DNA of 64,000 nucleotides from an uncultured delta proteobacterium (GCA_963848135.1 CAWKCK010000002.1:372001-436000), one strand, 5' to 3'; numbered from the stretch's first letter, positions 1 through 10,349 are shown. Notes: generated from the letters alone by a model not told the origin. Numbers and translations: made by a program.

Positions 1-53
1 ATTCTGCTGCTGGCTTTCAGCATGTACCGTCGGCAGGGTAACTCTTGCCATGT

Positions 54-1169
54 TTATATGACAACCTGCCCGGATTGTTCATGGGCGTTTCTTTCCTCGT
101 CCATCCGCCGTAAACCTTCCAGCAGCATCTCCATGAAATTGCCGAGTACAGGTGCCGCCTTTTCCTTTTCCGACAAAGACCGGTGAAATTTAAATTGGCC
201 GTCATTCTTTTTGAGGACATCGAAAAAGGCCTCCTTACCGCGAACCTCGTTGTATGTCGCGGCAACCAATTCGCCCTTGCGGAAAGACAACTTTGCCGTG
301 CCATCAGGCAATTTCAGAGAAAGCCGGCCGGTCTTCTGGTTCAGATTCAAGGTCTGAGAAATCTCCGCCGGGGGCATCTCCGAAAGTCGTCCCATCATAC
401 CGGAAGTGATTTCTTCGGCAACAGCAAGGTTCGATTTTGCCAGACGCTGGGCGAGCAATCTGGCCAGATACAATTGAATCGAGGGAAATTTATTCAGTAT
501 CTGCTTAAAGTCCTGCCCTTTGATGAAAATGATCGTGGCCGGTTCCACGACCTTGATTGTGGCCCCAACCGGCTCGCCGCTGATCAGGCTCATCTCGCCA
601 AAAATATCGCCTTTCTGTAGAAACGAAAGCCGGACACCTTTATCGTCGAGAACGTCCACCGTACCGGCAAGAATAATGTACAGGTGCTGAGCCGGAGCCC
701 CTTTCTTCAAAACAATCTCATCGCGCACATATTTCTTCAACTTCAACAACGCGACGATATCCCTCAAATTCTGGCGGTCGAGCGCTTGAAATATCGAGAA
801 ATTACTGAGCAAACCGGCCACAGCATCGATTTTGTGACTGCGGTCTATTCCGTTGGCCGTTTCGCGTGTGCGTTGCCGGGGTAAGGGTTCGATTTCGATG
901 ACACCCTTACACCCGCTACATTTAAGCGTCTGGCCTGGAATCCGATCAACACTCTCATGATTCACAAGAACACGGGTGAGATCGGCGACAAGAACCCGAC
1001 AGGTCTTTTTCTCGTAAGGTGGGGTGATGACCGCTGTGGAAATAAAGGATTTTTCGCGTACCAACGTCAGCAGCAGCGCATTGCCAGACAGTTTAAATTC
1101 ATCACCCTTGGCATAACAGGGGCACTCGCGGTTATCCACTATGCGGAAAACGATCTCAGAGTTGCTCAT
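54..1169 (-). CDS. Cyclic nucleotide-binding domain protein with C-terminal DUF4388/PATAN-like domain and Cys-rich N-terminus
   Basis: cNMP signature (LYIILAGTVDV...GDIFGEMSLISG...ATIKV). The C-terminal GRLSEMPPAEISQTLNLNQKTGRL...LLEGLRRMDE is typical of DUF4388. Start moved to ATG 1169 (MSNSEIVF). Confidence 0.75.
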   Translation of the reverse strand: MSNSEIVFRIVDNRECPCYAKGDEFKLSGNALLLTLVREKSFISTAVITPPYEKKTCRVLVADLTRVLVNHESVDRIPGQTLKCSGCKGVIEIEPLPRQRTRETANGIDRSHKIDAVAGLLSNFSIFQALDRQNLRDIVALLKLKKYVRDEIVLKKGAPAQHLYIILAGTVDVLDDKGVRLSFLQKGDIFGEMSLISGEPVGATIKVVEPATIIFIKGQDFKQILNKFPSIQLYLARLLAQRLAKSNLAVAEEITSGMMGRLSEMPPAEISQTLNLNQKTGRLSLKLPDGTAKLSFRKGELVAATYNEVRGKEAFFDVLKKNDGQFKFHRSLSEKEKAAPVLGNFMEMLLEGLRRMDEERNAHEQSGQVVI

Positions 1170-1345
1170 ACCCTTTTTTCTGCGGTCCGGCCAGTAGGAG
1201 ATATGGATAGTTCCGATAGACGTCCGGCAACCATTCGATCCAACCCTTCCGCAAGCCGGCGTCACTTTTACCTTATTAAAGTCCCGTTATTATAACATCC
1301 TTTGGGCTTGATCGGCAATCTCAATCGGGGAGTACAAGGACCGGA

Positions 1346-3157
1346 TTACTGTTTTTTTATCACAGTTCCGAGTTGATCCACCAGGTTTGTAAAATGCTGG
1401 CAGGCCAATCGCACAGACACCGGCGACCGCATGTCCACACCCGCAATTTCCAGGGCTTCCAGAGGATATTTGCTACCGCCAAGTTTCAGAAAGTTCAAAT
1501 AGGCTTGCCGGGCAGGCTCCCCTTCCCCGATGACTTTTTCGGCCAGTGCGATAGCCGCGGAAATACCAGTGGCGTATTTGTAAACGTAAAACGCAGAGTA
1601 AAAATGAGGAATCCGCAAGCACTCCAGAGGCAACTGCGGATCGATAACCAAGGCATCTCCGAAGTAGACCGTGAGCAGGTCACTATATACGCGCAAAATT
1701 TCTGCCAAAGTCAATGGCTGGTTGTTCTCAATTATATGGTGAACGGTTATTTCAAATTCTGCGAACATGGTTTGACGAAAGAGGGTCGCTCGAATATTGT
1801 CAATCTCACGATTGAGGATATAGGCTTGCATTCGGGGGTTTCCATCGTAGTGCTTCAATAGATGACGGCTCAGCAGAATTTCGTTTAACGTCGAGGCGAC
1901 CTCTGCGACAAAGATTGTGTATTCGTGGTCGACATACGGTTGATGCTTTCTGGCATACAGCGAGTGCATGGAATGGCCAGCCTCGTGAAGAAGAGTATAC
2001 ATGCTGTTTATACTGGTATCCTCATAATTCATTAGGATGTAAGGAGGCGAATCATAACAACCGGATGAATAGGCCCCGCTTCGCTTTCCTCGATTCTCGT
2101 AACGGTCAACCCATCCCCCCAACAGACCTTCCCTGAGATCGTGGACATACGCTGCACCAAGGGGTTCAAGGGCCTTGGTTCCAATCTCAACGGCTTCTTC
2201 AAAGGGCATCTTAATAGCGACATCCGGGATGATCGGCACGTAAGTGTCGTAGGAATGAAGTTCGTTTAAGCCTAATGCCTGTCTCCTCATTTCCAGGTAG
2301 ACAAACAGCGACGGCAAATGTTCCCGTACGGTCACGATAAGATTTTCATAAATCGCCTTCGGAATGTTGTCTTCAAAGAGGCTGGCCGAGCGACAACTGG
2401 AAAAATGCCTTGCCCGGCTGTAGAACAAATCTTTTTTCACCGAAAATGATAGGCTTGCCGCCAGTGTATTTTTATGGGCTTCATAAGCGGCATAATACCG
2501 TAAAAATGCGTTTCGGCGTACGTCTCGATTTGCGGAGGTCAGCAGCGTGATAAAGTTGCCATGGCTTAATTCTAATTCCAGGTCATTGTCGTCCATAAGG
2601 GTGCCGAAATTGAGATCGACGTTGTCCAGTAAACTAAAAATCTGAAATGGCGCCTGGGTCACCTCGAGACTCATGGCAAGGAGTTTTTCTTCCCCGGCGC
2701 CAAGCGTGTGCGGTTTGTTCCGTAATATTTTTTCAAGAAAAAACCGGTAGGGCTTCAAGGATAAATCGTCGAGAAACCGCCCGATGAGATCATCCGCTAA
2801 GGACTGAATTTCCGGAATCATGAAACTGGCGCATTCCGATGCACGCGTCACCAGATTGGTGGCCTGTTGAATAAACCCTAAATAAAACTGATCGGATTTG
2901 TCCTGGTCACTTCGCAACTGGGCATAGGTGTAAAGCCGATCGAGGCGGCGGAGAATCGCAAGGTGAAATTCAATACATTTTCTTAACAGTGTCGACGATT
3001 CATGGAGGTGACCGTTGAATTGGCCGTAATTTTCGATCTCCCGCTCAATGGTTTTTAGTAGGCCAGACCAGTCAGCGTCAGTACAAAAAAGGGGGGTCAA
3101 GTTCCACTTAAGGTTATCGGGAATACGCGTTCGTTCCGGTATCCGTCTGGCGCTCAT
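1346..3157 (-). CDS. pepF: Oligoendopeptidase F (M3B)
   Basis: GKRSGAYS, HEAGH zinc motif, VAEVAST, IPHFYSAFYVYKYATG; 603 aa. Confidence 0.92.
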   Translation of the reverse strand: MSARRIPERTRIPDNLKWNLTPLFCTDADWSGLLKTIEREIENYGQFNGHLHESSTLLRKCIEFHLAILRRLDRLYTYAQLRSDQDKSDQFYLGFIQQATNLVTRASECASFMIPEIQSLADDLIGRFLDDLSLKPYRFFLEKILRNKPHTLGAGEEKLLAMSLEVTQAPFQIFSLLDNVDLNFGTLMDDNDLELELSHGNFITLLTSANRDVRRNAFLRYYAAYEAHKNTLAASLSFSVKKDLFYSRARHFSSCRSASLFEDNIPKAIYENLIVTVREHLPSLFVYLEMRRQALGLNELHSYDTYVPIIPDVAIKMPFEEAVEIGTKALEPLGAAYVHDLREGLLGGWVDRYENRGKRSGAYSSGCYDSPPYILMNYEDTSINSMYTLLHEAGHSMHSLYARKHQPYVDHEYTIFVAEVASTLNEILLSRHLLKHYDGNPRMQAYILNREIDNIRATLFRQTMFAEFEITVHHIIENNQPLTLAEILRVYSDLLTVYFGDALVIDPQLPLECLRIPHFYSAFYVYKYATGISAAIALAEKVIGEGEPARQAYLNFLKLGGSKYPLEALEIAGVDMRSPVSVRLACQHFTNLVDQLGTVIKKQ

Positions 3158-3606
3158 ACAGGTTATCCTTTCCTCGATTCAATCCCATCGGCACGCCCGA
3201 TAATAATCACTGGCGACCCCCCAGTCTTGCTGGGAAGATTCCCTAAATTCGACGCCACCAGGCGTATTCAAAAACATGCGATGAATTCATAATTTATTGG
3301 GGCCGGACAGGGGTTCTATGGTTGCAGCGCTGATGGCTCTGCGGAAGTCAATTACATCGCAAATATGGTCAATATTACATAACCCCGGGGCCTTAACCGG
3401 ACGTCCTCACAGTACAAAACCTGCAACAAGCTGATATTTAATCGGATAAAGTATTATCACAATAATCCCTTCCAGAGGCATATTTCTTGCTTTCCAATTG
3501 GTGTCTCACAGGCTATATATTCGGCAAATCGGCGCCCATCTTATTGTTTCCGCACGTAGGAAACGATGGTAGCCTGTATTTTTCATTGTTCAACAGGTGG
3601 TTTTAT

Positions 3607-4086
3607 ATGGCCCTTCGACCGACATATCGATTCAACTTGGACCGTCGTTCCGGCAGGGATCGACGTAATAGATCGAAATTCGATGTCATCAAACCGTTGA
3701 TAAGCGGGAAACGTGAACTTGCGCGGCGTCGCAGTGACAGAAACGTTATCGTTTACTTCGATCGCTATAGCCCGGCTTCGCTCTGGTTCGTCGTTATTAT
3801 CCTGATTTTGAGTGTGGTCGACGCTCTGCTGACCATGATGCTTATCCGTAACGGTGCCGTCGAGTTGAATCCCGTCATGGCCTATTACATTGACATTGGC
3901 CCCCAGGCCTTCTTGGCGGTCAAATACACCCTGACCAGTTTGTCAGTGTTTATCCTGCTGGTATACGGCAGCGTTGTCTTGAAGGGCGCACAGATTCACC
4001 TTCGGTCAGTTTTTCCACTGATTATAACCGCGTTTGCATCCGTGGTGGTTTGGGAGATATATTTGTTGGTAAAAGTTGTTTTCTGA
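3607..4086 (+). CDS. DUF5658-like membrane protein with Arg-rich DRR repeats
   Basis: DRRSGRDRR N-terminus followed by LSVVDALLT...GAVELNPVM...K and hydrophobic helices. ATG 3607 preferred over TTG 3487. Confidence 0.65.
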   Translation: MALRPTYRFNLDRRSGRDRRNRSKFDVIKPLISGKRELARRRSDRNVIVYFDRYSPASLWFVVIILILSVVDALLTMMLIRNGAVELNPVMAYYIDIGPQAFLAVKYTLTSLSVFILLVYGSVVLKGAQIHLRSVFPLIITAFASVVVWEIYLLVKVVF

Positions 4087-4124
4087 AGAGGCGACAATAT
4101 TCCCGAACGTCGATTGCCCCGACC

Positions 4125-4490
4125 CTACCTTACCTTCAATCGGCTAACGATCCTCACGCCCACAAAACAATACCCTTTGAATTGTCCTTGATTGGCCCTG
4201 GTGATGTGCATGATTTCTGATCTGTGAAACTCGCTCGGTTGACCGCTCGCGACCAGGTGGAACTGAATTTCAATCTCCATTCCGGCATGCAAGTGGCGCA
4301 GAATCGATGAATCTTCGGCAACCAAGAAACACGTACCATTGCGGGATATATCTCTCAGTTTGAATTGATGAATGGGTATACCACTGATCCGCACCACGGC
4401 GCTGCATTCTGGACTGGTAGGATTTCTTCCTTCCCCACGGTTACCGGCTGAATCATTTCCTGTTTTGTTATCCTTCAATTGGCCCCTCAA
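4125..4490 (-). CDS. PilZ domain protein (c-di-GMP receptor)
   Basis: RxxxR (RGEGR) and DxSxxG (DISRNG) motifs, C-terminal VGVRI. Start uncertain. Confidence 0.7.
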   Translation of the reverse strand: MRGQLKDNKTGNDSAGNRGEGRNPTSPECSAVVRISGIPIHQFKLRDISRNGTCFLVAEDSSILRHLHAGMEIEIQFHLVASGQPSEFHRSEIMHITRANQGQFKGYCFVGVRIVSRLKVR

Positions 4491-4723
4491 TCTTTTGCGC
4501 GGGTATTATGCCAAAAACAGAATAAATTGTAGCATTGATTTTAATTGAATAAAATAGCCCTTTTTGAAAATCAAGGGACACCGCAGAAAGGATCGATTGG
4601 GTGTTTTTACGCAAAAAGAATGGGGAATAACACCCAAATATTATCCTTCAGTCGATTTGTCTTCCACACCTCTCATTAGGATATCTATCTGTAATTTAAT
4701 CATATTATAACCTTTTTCACACA

Positions 4724-4739
4724 TGGCACAATCTTTGCC
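4724..4739 (+). promoter_or_regulatory. Putative sigma-54 (-24/-12) promoter for the tandem PilZ gene
   Basis: TGGCACAATCTTTGCC = TGGCAC-N5-TTGC with exact GG-N10-GC spacing, about 45 nt before ATG 4785. Confidence 0.65.
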
Positions 4740-4784
4740 ATATGTGTTTTGAGATATTTCGTCATTATCGCTGAGACACAAACG

Positions 4785-5453
4785 ATGAAAAACGTCAAAA
4801 TTAAAAATGAGAAGCGTCAGAACGGACGGTATGCCCACCAAAGTCAGATCGTCCGGGAAAGCCTCATAACGGGCAGCGTCGTTATCGGCCTGATGCACAA
4901 TTACAGCATGGGGGGATTCAATTTCGAATCCAACACGCTGATAACCCGTGATGATATTATTTTTCTCGGTCTTGCGGATTCACCCTATACCACCACTCCC
5001 CAAACGTATGAATGTCACAAGGTCAAGATTCAATGGCGAAAAGATGTATTTCGTTCTCGATACAAATATACATATGGTGTGCAACATATAGATCCGATAG
5101 GCATTTTCCCCGAGTTTACGGAGCAATACTATTGCGATTTCCCTAAATATCGCCAACTGATTACCGCGGTTAACAAGGAACTGAGAACAAAAGATTTAAG
5201 ACGATTTACAAGAAAGCAAATGGCAGCGTCCGTTTACTTCGTTTCTGAAAACAATATCTACAGGGGACTTATTCGTGATGTCAGTCGGAGCGGAATTTTT
5301 ATCGAAACGAAGAACCGTCTGGAAGTGAACCAACATGTTCGCCTGGTCATTCCAGGCACAAAGTTTGATAACGGTGTCATGATTAAGGCGCAAATAATCC
5401 ACCAGTCGCGTTCCGGAATCGGCGTCCAACTTCTCGGAATATTGAAAGTATAG
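4785..5453 (+). CDS. Tandem PilZ domain protein
   Basis: Two PilZ motif sets: KRQNGR...NYSMGG and RRFTR...DVSRSG...GIGVQL. Confidence 0.75.
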   Translation: MKNVKIKNEKRQNGRYAHQSQIVRESLITGSVVIGLMHNYSMGGFNFESNTLITRDDIIFLGLADSPYTTTPQTYECHKVKIQWRKDVFRSRYKYTYGVQHIDPIGIFPEFTEQYYCDFPKYRQLITAVNKELRTKDLRRFTRKQMAASVYFVSENNIYRGLIRDVSRSGIFIETKNRLEVNQHVRLVIPGTKFDNGVMIKAQIIHQSRSGIGVQLLGILKV

Positions 5454-5711
5454 CATCATCGATTTCGATAGCGTGAGAACCCCATGCATGAAATGACGAA
5501 TAGCGTATTTTACTTTTCCCATAGCGATGGAAGCCAATCATGACTGGTTCTCTAAGATTGTATGAATATTTGGTTTTAATATTACCTGGTTTCTATAGAA
5601 ATTGAGTAATTGTTCCTCCGAATAATACCGGATGATGGTTCCAGATACACTTTAACTATTTGTTATAACTTTTAATAAAAAATATTTAAAAATTTAGCAC
5701 GAATTTTGCAT

Positions 5712-5948
5712 TTAGATAACAGTAATAGAGAAATTATTGCAAACATCCTCAAATTTCTCTGTATTCCTCCCTTCAAGGGCAGCCATGGTGGCTGCCCTTG
5801 CTTGTTGGTAATTTGAAAATTCATTTCCCCCGATACAAAAGCAAGCGGCCTGGTTCGTATATTTCCACGATTTCGACTCTTGACACTCCCTCTTAACTTT
5901 GCCAGTGTCGGTCAGGATTTGGCTCGGTATACGCCTTGAAGTTTTCAT
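5712..5948 (-). CDS. Small hypothetical protein (78 aa)
   Basis: ATG preceded by AGAAAGGA RBS; no recognisable motif. Confidence 0.3.
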   Translation of the reverse strand: MKTSRRIPSQILTDTGKVKRECQESKSWKYTNQAACFCIGGNEFSNYQQARAATMAALEGRNTEKFEDVCNNFSITVI

Positions 5949-6033
5949 GACAGGTTCCTTTCTAAAAACAACCAGACGGGGGGCCGATAGGCAAATTGAA
6001 ACAGTTTCCTGAAAACACTACCAAGGAGGGCAT

Positions 6034-6492
6034 ATGAAAAGAATGACACGAACGCTTGTGGTTTTGATTTTGATACTCGGAATTATTGGCGTTGCGAATG
6101 CGCAATTCAGCCGACCTGAGGATGCGATCAACTACCGCCAATCGGTCATGTTCCTGATCGCCCAGCATTTCGGACGCATCGCCGTCGTTATCCAGGGACA
6201 GAGCCCCTTTGATGGTGACAGTGTTGCGCAAAATGCCATGCTGGTCGAGACCCTTTCTAAATTACCCTGGGATGCCTTTGCCGTCCCGGGGACCGACGGG
6301 GGGAAAACCCGATTAAAATCGATCGCTTTCGCGGAACCGGATCAGTTCCGGAAGGCGGCGAGCGAATTTGAATCCGCGAGCACAAAACTCGCCGGTGCGG
6401 CCAAGCAAGGCAAGCTCGATGCCATCAAGGCGCCGTTCGGGGATGTGGCCAAAAGTTGCCAAAGCTGCCATGAACAATTTCGATCGCAGTAA
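6034..6492 (+). CDS. Cytochrome c' (class II, c556-like)
   Basis: Signal peptide, EDAINYRQSVM, C-terminal CxxCH (CQSCH), AAGGAGG RBS. Confidence 0.9.
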   Translation: MKRMTRTLVVLILILGIIGVANAQFSRPEDAINYRQSVMFLIAQHFGRIAVVIQGQSPFDGDSVAQNAMLVETLSKLPWDAFAVPGTDGGKTRLKSIAFAEPDQFRKAASEFESASTKLAGAAKQGKLDAIKAPFGDVAKSCQSCHEQFRSQ

Positions 6493-6539
6493 TCCGGAAG
6501 TCTGCTAACGCCAGAGACACGTGAGAATACATTCTCGGG

Positions 6540-7229
6540 TTAACGCACAAGGAGAAAAACCGCCAGCGCGGAAAGGAGCGCCAGGCTCACGGCTACCCAG
6601 TATCGTTCGCCCTCTGGGGAAACGTTGCCGGACCAATCCTTATAACCGGTGATCATAGGCCTGATCAGGTTGTCTCTTTTAACCAGCAAGTAAAAGATCA
6701 CCGCTGTAACGTGAATGATCACCAGGATAACGATGACATCCGCATTCAGCCTGTGGATCCGGGTCAACCAATCGCTGGTTGCCTTGCTGATGAGCCTGGC
6801 CAATGGACCTTCCGTAAAGATGTCGTCGTTGGCGAACAAGCCGGTCCCCGATTGAACCAAGAGCACCAAGAGCATGGCGATAATCGACCACGCGCCCAGA
6901 GGATTGTGACCCAGATATCGCGACGCTCCCGGCCGCAGCAAACCCGCAGCATACCGCAGAACAGTTGCTGGAGAGCAAACAAATGAAACGAACCGTGATG
7001 AACGGCTACCGAAAAAACCCCAGGCTATCCGAAAAAAAAGCAGCGCCAGTATGATGTAGCCACTTTTTTGATGGTACGGCATTGCGTTGCCGCCGATCTT
7101 CACCGTAGTGAAGGAGACGACGACTAAGGCCACCAGCAGCCAGTGAAAAATTCGGGTGGGAAGATCCCATACCTTGATGAGATTCTTCCCCGTATCGGCC
7201 TTTTTCGGTTTTTTGGTCGCTGCAGCCAC
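6540..7229 (-). CDS. Cytochrome b (Ni-hydrogenase b-type / b561-like)
   Basis: VWDLPTRIFHW, GHNPLG, His ligands, NLIRPMITGYK. Start GTG 7229 is tentative. Confidence 0.85.
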   Translation of the reverse strand: MAAATKKPKKADTGKNLIKVWDLPTRIFHWLLVALVVVSFTTVKIGGNAMPYHQKSGYIILALLFFRIAWGFFGSRSSRFVSFVCSPATVLRYAAGLLRPGASRYLGHNPLGAWSIIAMLLVLLVQSGTGLFANDDIFTEGPLARLISKATSDWLTRIHRLNADVIVILVIIHVTAVIFYLLVKRDNLIRPMITGYKDWSGNVSPEGERYWVAVSLALLSALAVFLLVR

Positions 7230-7344
7230 TCCTCCCCCTATTTTTCCCGGGCATTGAGCACCAGCCGGAATCTGAAACCCGGCCCGCACAGTTCGTTTGG
7301 CAAAATATTTTTCGTTGCGGTTTTCGGGCCAAAAATTTCCCCGC

Positions 7345-9162
7345 CTAAGCCCCACTCACCGCCCGCGTGATCTCTTTTCGGTAATTTTCCATCGGTTCGT
7401 GAAGGCTCTGAATCGCCTGTACCCAAAATTTCGGCTCTGTAAAATCGATATTCAGCGCGCTTCTCCCCACCTCTTCAACCGTACCGCTGCCGGACATCCG
7501 CAGAAATGATTCGTATTGAGAAATAAACTCCGCACCGACAAGACGGTAGTGGTGTATGATTGCCCTGGCCAGCAAGTAACCAAACGTATATGGAAAGTTG
7601 TAAAATGAGGTGTCGGTGATAAAAAAGTGAAGTTTTGACGCCCAGAAATACGGGTCCTCACCATCGATAAGCAAAGCGTCACCGTAGATCTTCCGTTGGG
7701 TTTCCATCATAAGGGCCTTGAGTCGTGAAACAGACACCTCCCCTTCCTGGCGCTCTTCGTAAAAAGCCTTTTCGAATTCATAGCGGGTGGTGATATCGAG
7801 TAAAAATACCGCTGCATCCGTCAAGTCCGTATCCAAGAGTCCGAGTTTCTGTTGGTGATCCAGTTCTTCATTTTTATAAAGGCCTTCGACAAGAAGGTGC
7901 TCCGCAAAAATGGAGGCGGTTTCTGCCAGGGTCATTGGATAACGACGGGCAAAGGGTCGAGTCCCTTCTAAAAGGTGACCGTGCCAGGCATGACCGACCT
8001 CGTGAGCCAGCGTGAGGATATCCCCAAGTGTGCCATTGAATGTCATGTAAACTCGCTGTTCCTCGATGAGGGCAGATCCGGTGCAAAAAGCGCCTGGTCT
8101 TTTACCCGGCCGGGCTTCGGATTCGATCCAGCGTTTCTTCAACATATCTCCGAAATAGTCGGCCAATGCCGGATAAGACAAGGCAAATGTCTTTCGGACC
8201 ATAGCCACTGCTTCCGACCAATTATAAATCTTCGTGCTTTTCAGGGGCAAGGGAGCCTCGCGTTCGAAAAACCAGATACCGGTCCGTCCGAAGAAACGCG
8301 CTTTATTCCGCAGAATGTCACGGGCCATGTCGATATTCTGATACACCGCTTGATACATGGCCGCAAGGGTTTCTGAACTGGTGGCAGCCCCGAATAGCGC
8401 CTGGTCCATGAAATGCTTCACCCCACGGTGCCGATAGAGGGTCAAACGGTTCCCGGCAATAGCATTCAAGGCCGCTCCACATGAATCTTCAGCGCTCTCC
8501 CACGCGCGGTTACCGCCTTCGAAGGCCGCCCGGCCAATATCCCGGTCCGGATCCGACATCAGAGACCGCCACTGAGAAATCGGCACTTGTCTCGCCTGGC
8601 CATCCTGGGTAACCAATTCGAATACCAGCTTACCGCTAATTTTATCATACAGGCGGCCCCACGCCGTGAGGCCATCAATTTTCAGGTCAGACGCCAGTGT
8701 TTCCTCCTTCGCGGTCATGGAATATTTTGACCGCACGCGCCATCGCCTGAGGTGGTACTCAATTTCTTTCATCCGCGATCGATCGATGAACGATTCAAAC
8801 CGGTATTTGGGTACCTTTTTAAAGACTTTCAGAATATCGATGTCTATTTTTTCGAAGGCGGCATATAGGCGGATGAGTGCGGCTCGCCCCAGTGCATAGT
8901 CTTCATTTTCCGCATCGGCCGCTTCAAGGCAACCCAAATAAGATGACAAATGCCCCAAACGACTGTATATACCTTCCACCGCCACCAACAGTGAATCCCA
9001 CGCGTCGCCATTTTCGCTGGTCACGTCTGTCAGCTTTTCCGATGTGCCCTTTAATTCGGCAATGCCCCGCTCCAGGTCTGACATGTACCCCCGCATTTGC
9101 GGGCTGTTGAACTCAGGAAAATAGCTGGTGAGATCCCAATTCACACCGGTGTGTTTTTCCAC
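7345..9162 (-). CDS. M3 family oligoendopeptidase (second PepF-like paralog)
   Basis: GKRPGAFC, HEVGHAWH, LAETASIF, FYNFPYTFGYL. Confidence 0.9.
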   Translation of the reverse strand: MEKHTGVNWDLTSYFPEFNSPQMRGYMSDLERGIAELKGTSEKLTDVTSENGDAWDSLLVAVEGIYSRLGHLSSYLGCLEAADAENEDYALGRAALIRLYAAFEKIDIDILKVFKKVPKYRFESFIDRSRMKEIEYHLRRWRVRSKYSMTAKEETLASDLKIDGLTAWGRLYDKISGKLVFELVTQDGQARQVPISQWRSLMSDPDRDIGRAAFEGGNRAWESAEDSCGAALNAIAGNRLTLYRHRGVKHFMDQALFGAATSSETLAAMYQAVYQNIDMARDILRNKARFFGRTGIWFFEREAPLPLKSTKIYNWSEAVAMVRKTFALSYPALADYFGDMLKKRWIESEARPGKRPGAFCTGSALIEEQRVYMTFNGTLGDILTLAHEVGHAWHGHLLEGTRPFARRYPMTLAETASIFAEHLLVEGLYKNEELDHQQKLGLLDTDLTDAAVFLLDITTRYEFEKAFYEERQEGEVSVSRLKALMMETQRKIYGDALLIDGEDPYFWASKLHFFITDTSFYNFPYTFGYLLARAIIHHYRLVGAEFISQYESFLRMSGSGTVEEVGRSALNIDFTEPKFWVQAIQSLHEPMENYRKEITRAVSGA

Positions 9163-9751
9163 TCTGCCCTCCCCGAAAGCACTTTACTGGTAAAATCGAT
9201 CGGCCCCTACCGAGATATGGCAAAACACGACAAGTTTCTTGGCATAAAGAAGCTGAATGTGACGCTCGTTCTGTTCAATACTGCATGATGCCCCAGACAG
9301 TGCCTGCTTGCTCTGCGAAAAACCCTAACGCTTCCCCCGCCAATACCAAAACAATAACTCCGCCCGTCCCGGCATGTTATGATAATGATAGCACTCAGTC
9401 AGAGTTTCATAAAGGGCATTGAGCGATATCCGACTCTTCAAAATGCAAATCTTGCCGGTATCCAGAGCATAGGAAAATCAGACATTTGCTTAGAAGCTCG
9501 CTATTGTAGCGCTACAAGCAATTTCGTCAAGACGTCCGCCTATGGTGCGATGAATACCGAAAAGGAAGGGAAAGTCCACTTAAAGACGATAAGGGCTCAA
9601 CCGGCCGGCAACATAAATAACCATAATTATCATAAAATTATAACCAATCAGACTATGGAAAGGACCTCGGAGGTGGGTTTTCAACTCCGTCGGTATCTGC
9701 TAAAAAAGTATCAATTTGATTCTTAACATAAAACAGGAAGGGAAAGTCGAT

Positions 9752-10072
9752 ATGCCACTTATTGAATTGAATCGTATCGAGGAGCGTGAACCAGTGGAAG
9801 GTTTCAAAGCCAGATTTGTTCACACCGAAAAAATGACTTTTGGATTTTTTATTGTCACTGCCGGGTCGGCATTGCCGGAACATTCCCATTTTCATGAACA
9901 GGTTTCTGTCATCAAAGAAGGTGAAATGGAATTGACTGTCGGGCATGAAACTTTTCGGTTGAAACCGGGCCAAATCCTATCGATCCCCTCTAACGTTCCC
10001 CACTCCGGGCGGGCCATCACTGATTGCGTCATAATGGATGTATTCTGCCCCGTGCGCGAGGATTATAAGTAG
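9752..10072 (+). CDS. Cupin domain protein
   Basis: PEHSHFHEQ...IPSNVPHSG...DVFCPVREDY. Confidence 0.85.
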   Translation: MPLIELNRIEEREPVEGFKARFVHTEKMTFGFFIVTAGSALPEHSHFHEQVSVIKEGEMELTVGHETFRLKPGQILSIPSNVPHSGRAITDCVIMDVFCPVREDYK

Positions 10073-10215
10073 TGTCCGTCCATGAATGGTCCTTTTTCCC
10101 CTGGGCGGCGTTCTCCGCGGGTCTTGATCCTCAAAGTAGCCAGGCTACGCCTGCGGTACAAACCCTTGTGCGGCCTTGCCCAGAGAAAAAAATACTCATT
10201 TATGAATCGGACACT
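10071..10215. repeat. Palindromic MITE/REP-like element (~145 bp)
   Basis: Terminal inverted repeats AGTGTCCGTCCATGAATG / CATTTATGAATCGGACACT, with inner CTGGGC...GCCCAG arms. Overlaps the cupin stop codon. Confidence 0.6.
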
Positions 10216-10349
10216 TACACATGTGCCCATCGAGTTTTTTCAACAACCGCGGATGGGTAATAAGTAGTTCTTGAGGACACTACCGGTGATTTACTGGTTC
10301 ACTGAAGATCGGTGCTGCGACCGGTGAGGTTGGCGAGGACCTTCATCAT

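Noticed and set aside
3160..3480. Possible ncRNA or small ORF upstream of pepF
   Set aside because: There are only short hairpins, with no recognisable RNA family and no ORF with an RBS.
4498..4514. Sigma-54-like site TTGGCATAATACCCGC on the minus strand
   Set aside because: The -12 element is poor and lies too close to the called PilZ start to be supported.
9379..9726. 115-aa plus-strand ORF
   Set aside because: It has no RBS or motif and overlaps the likely cupin promoter region.
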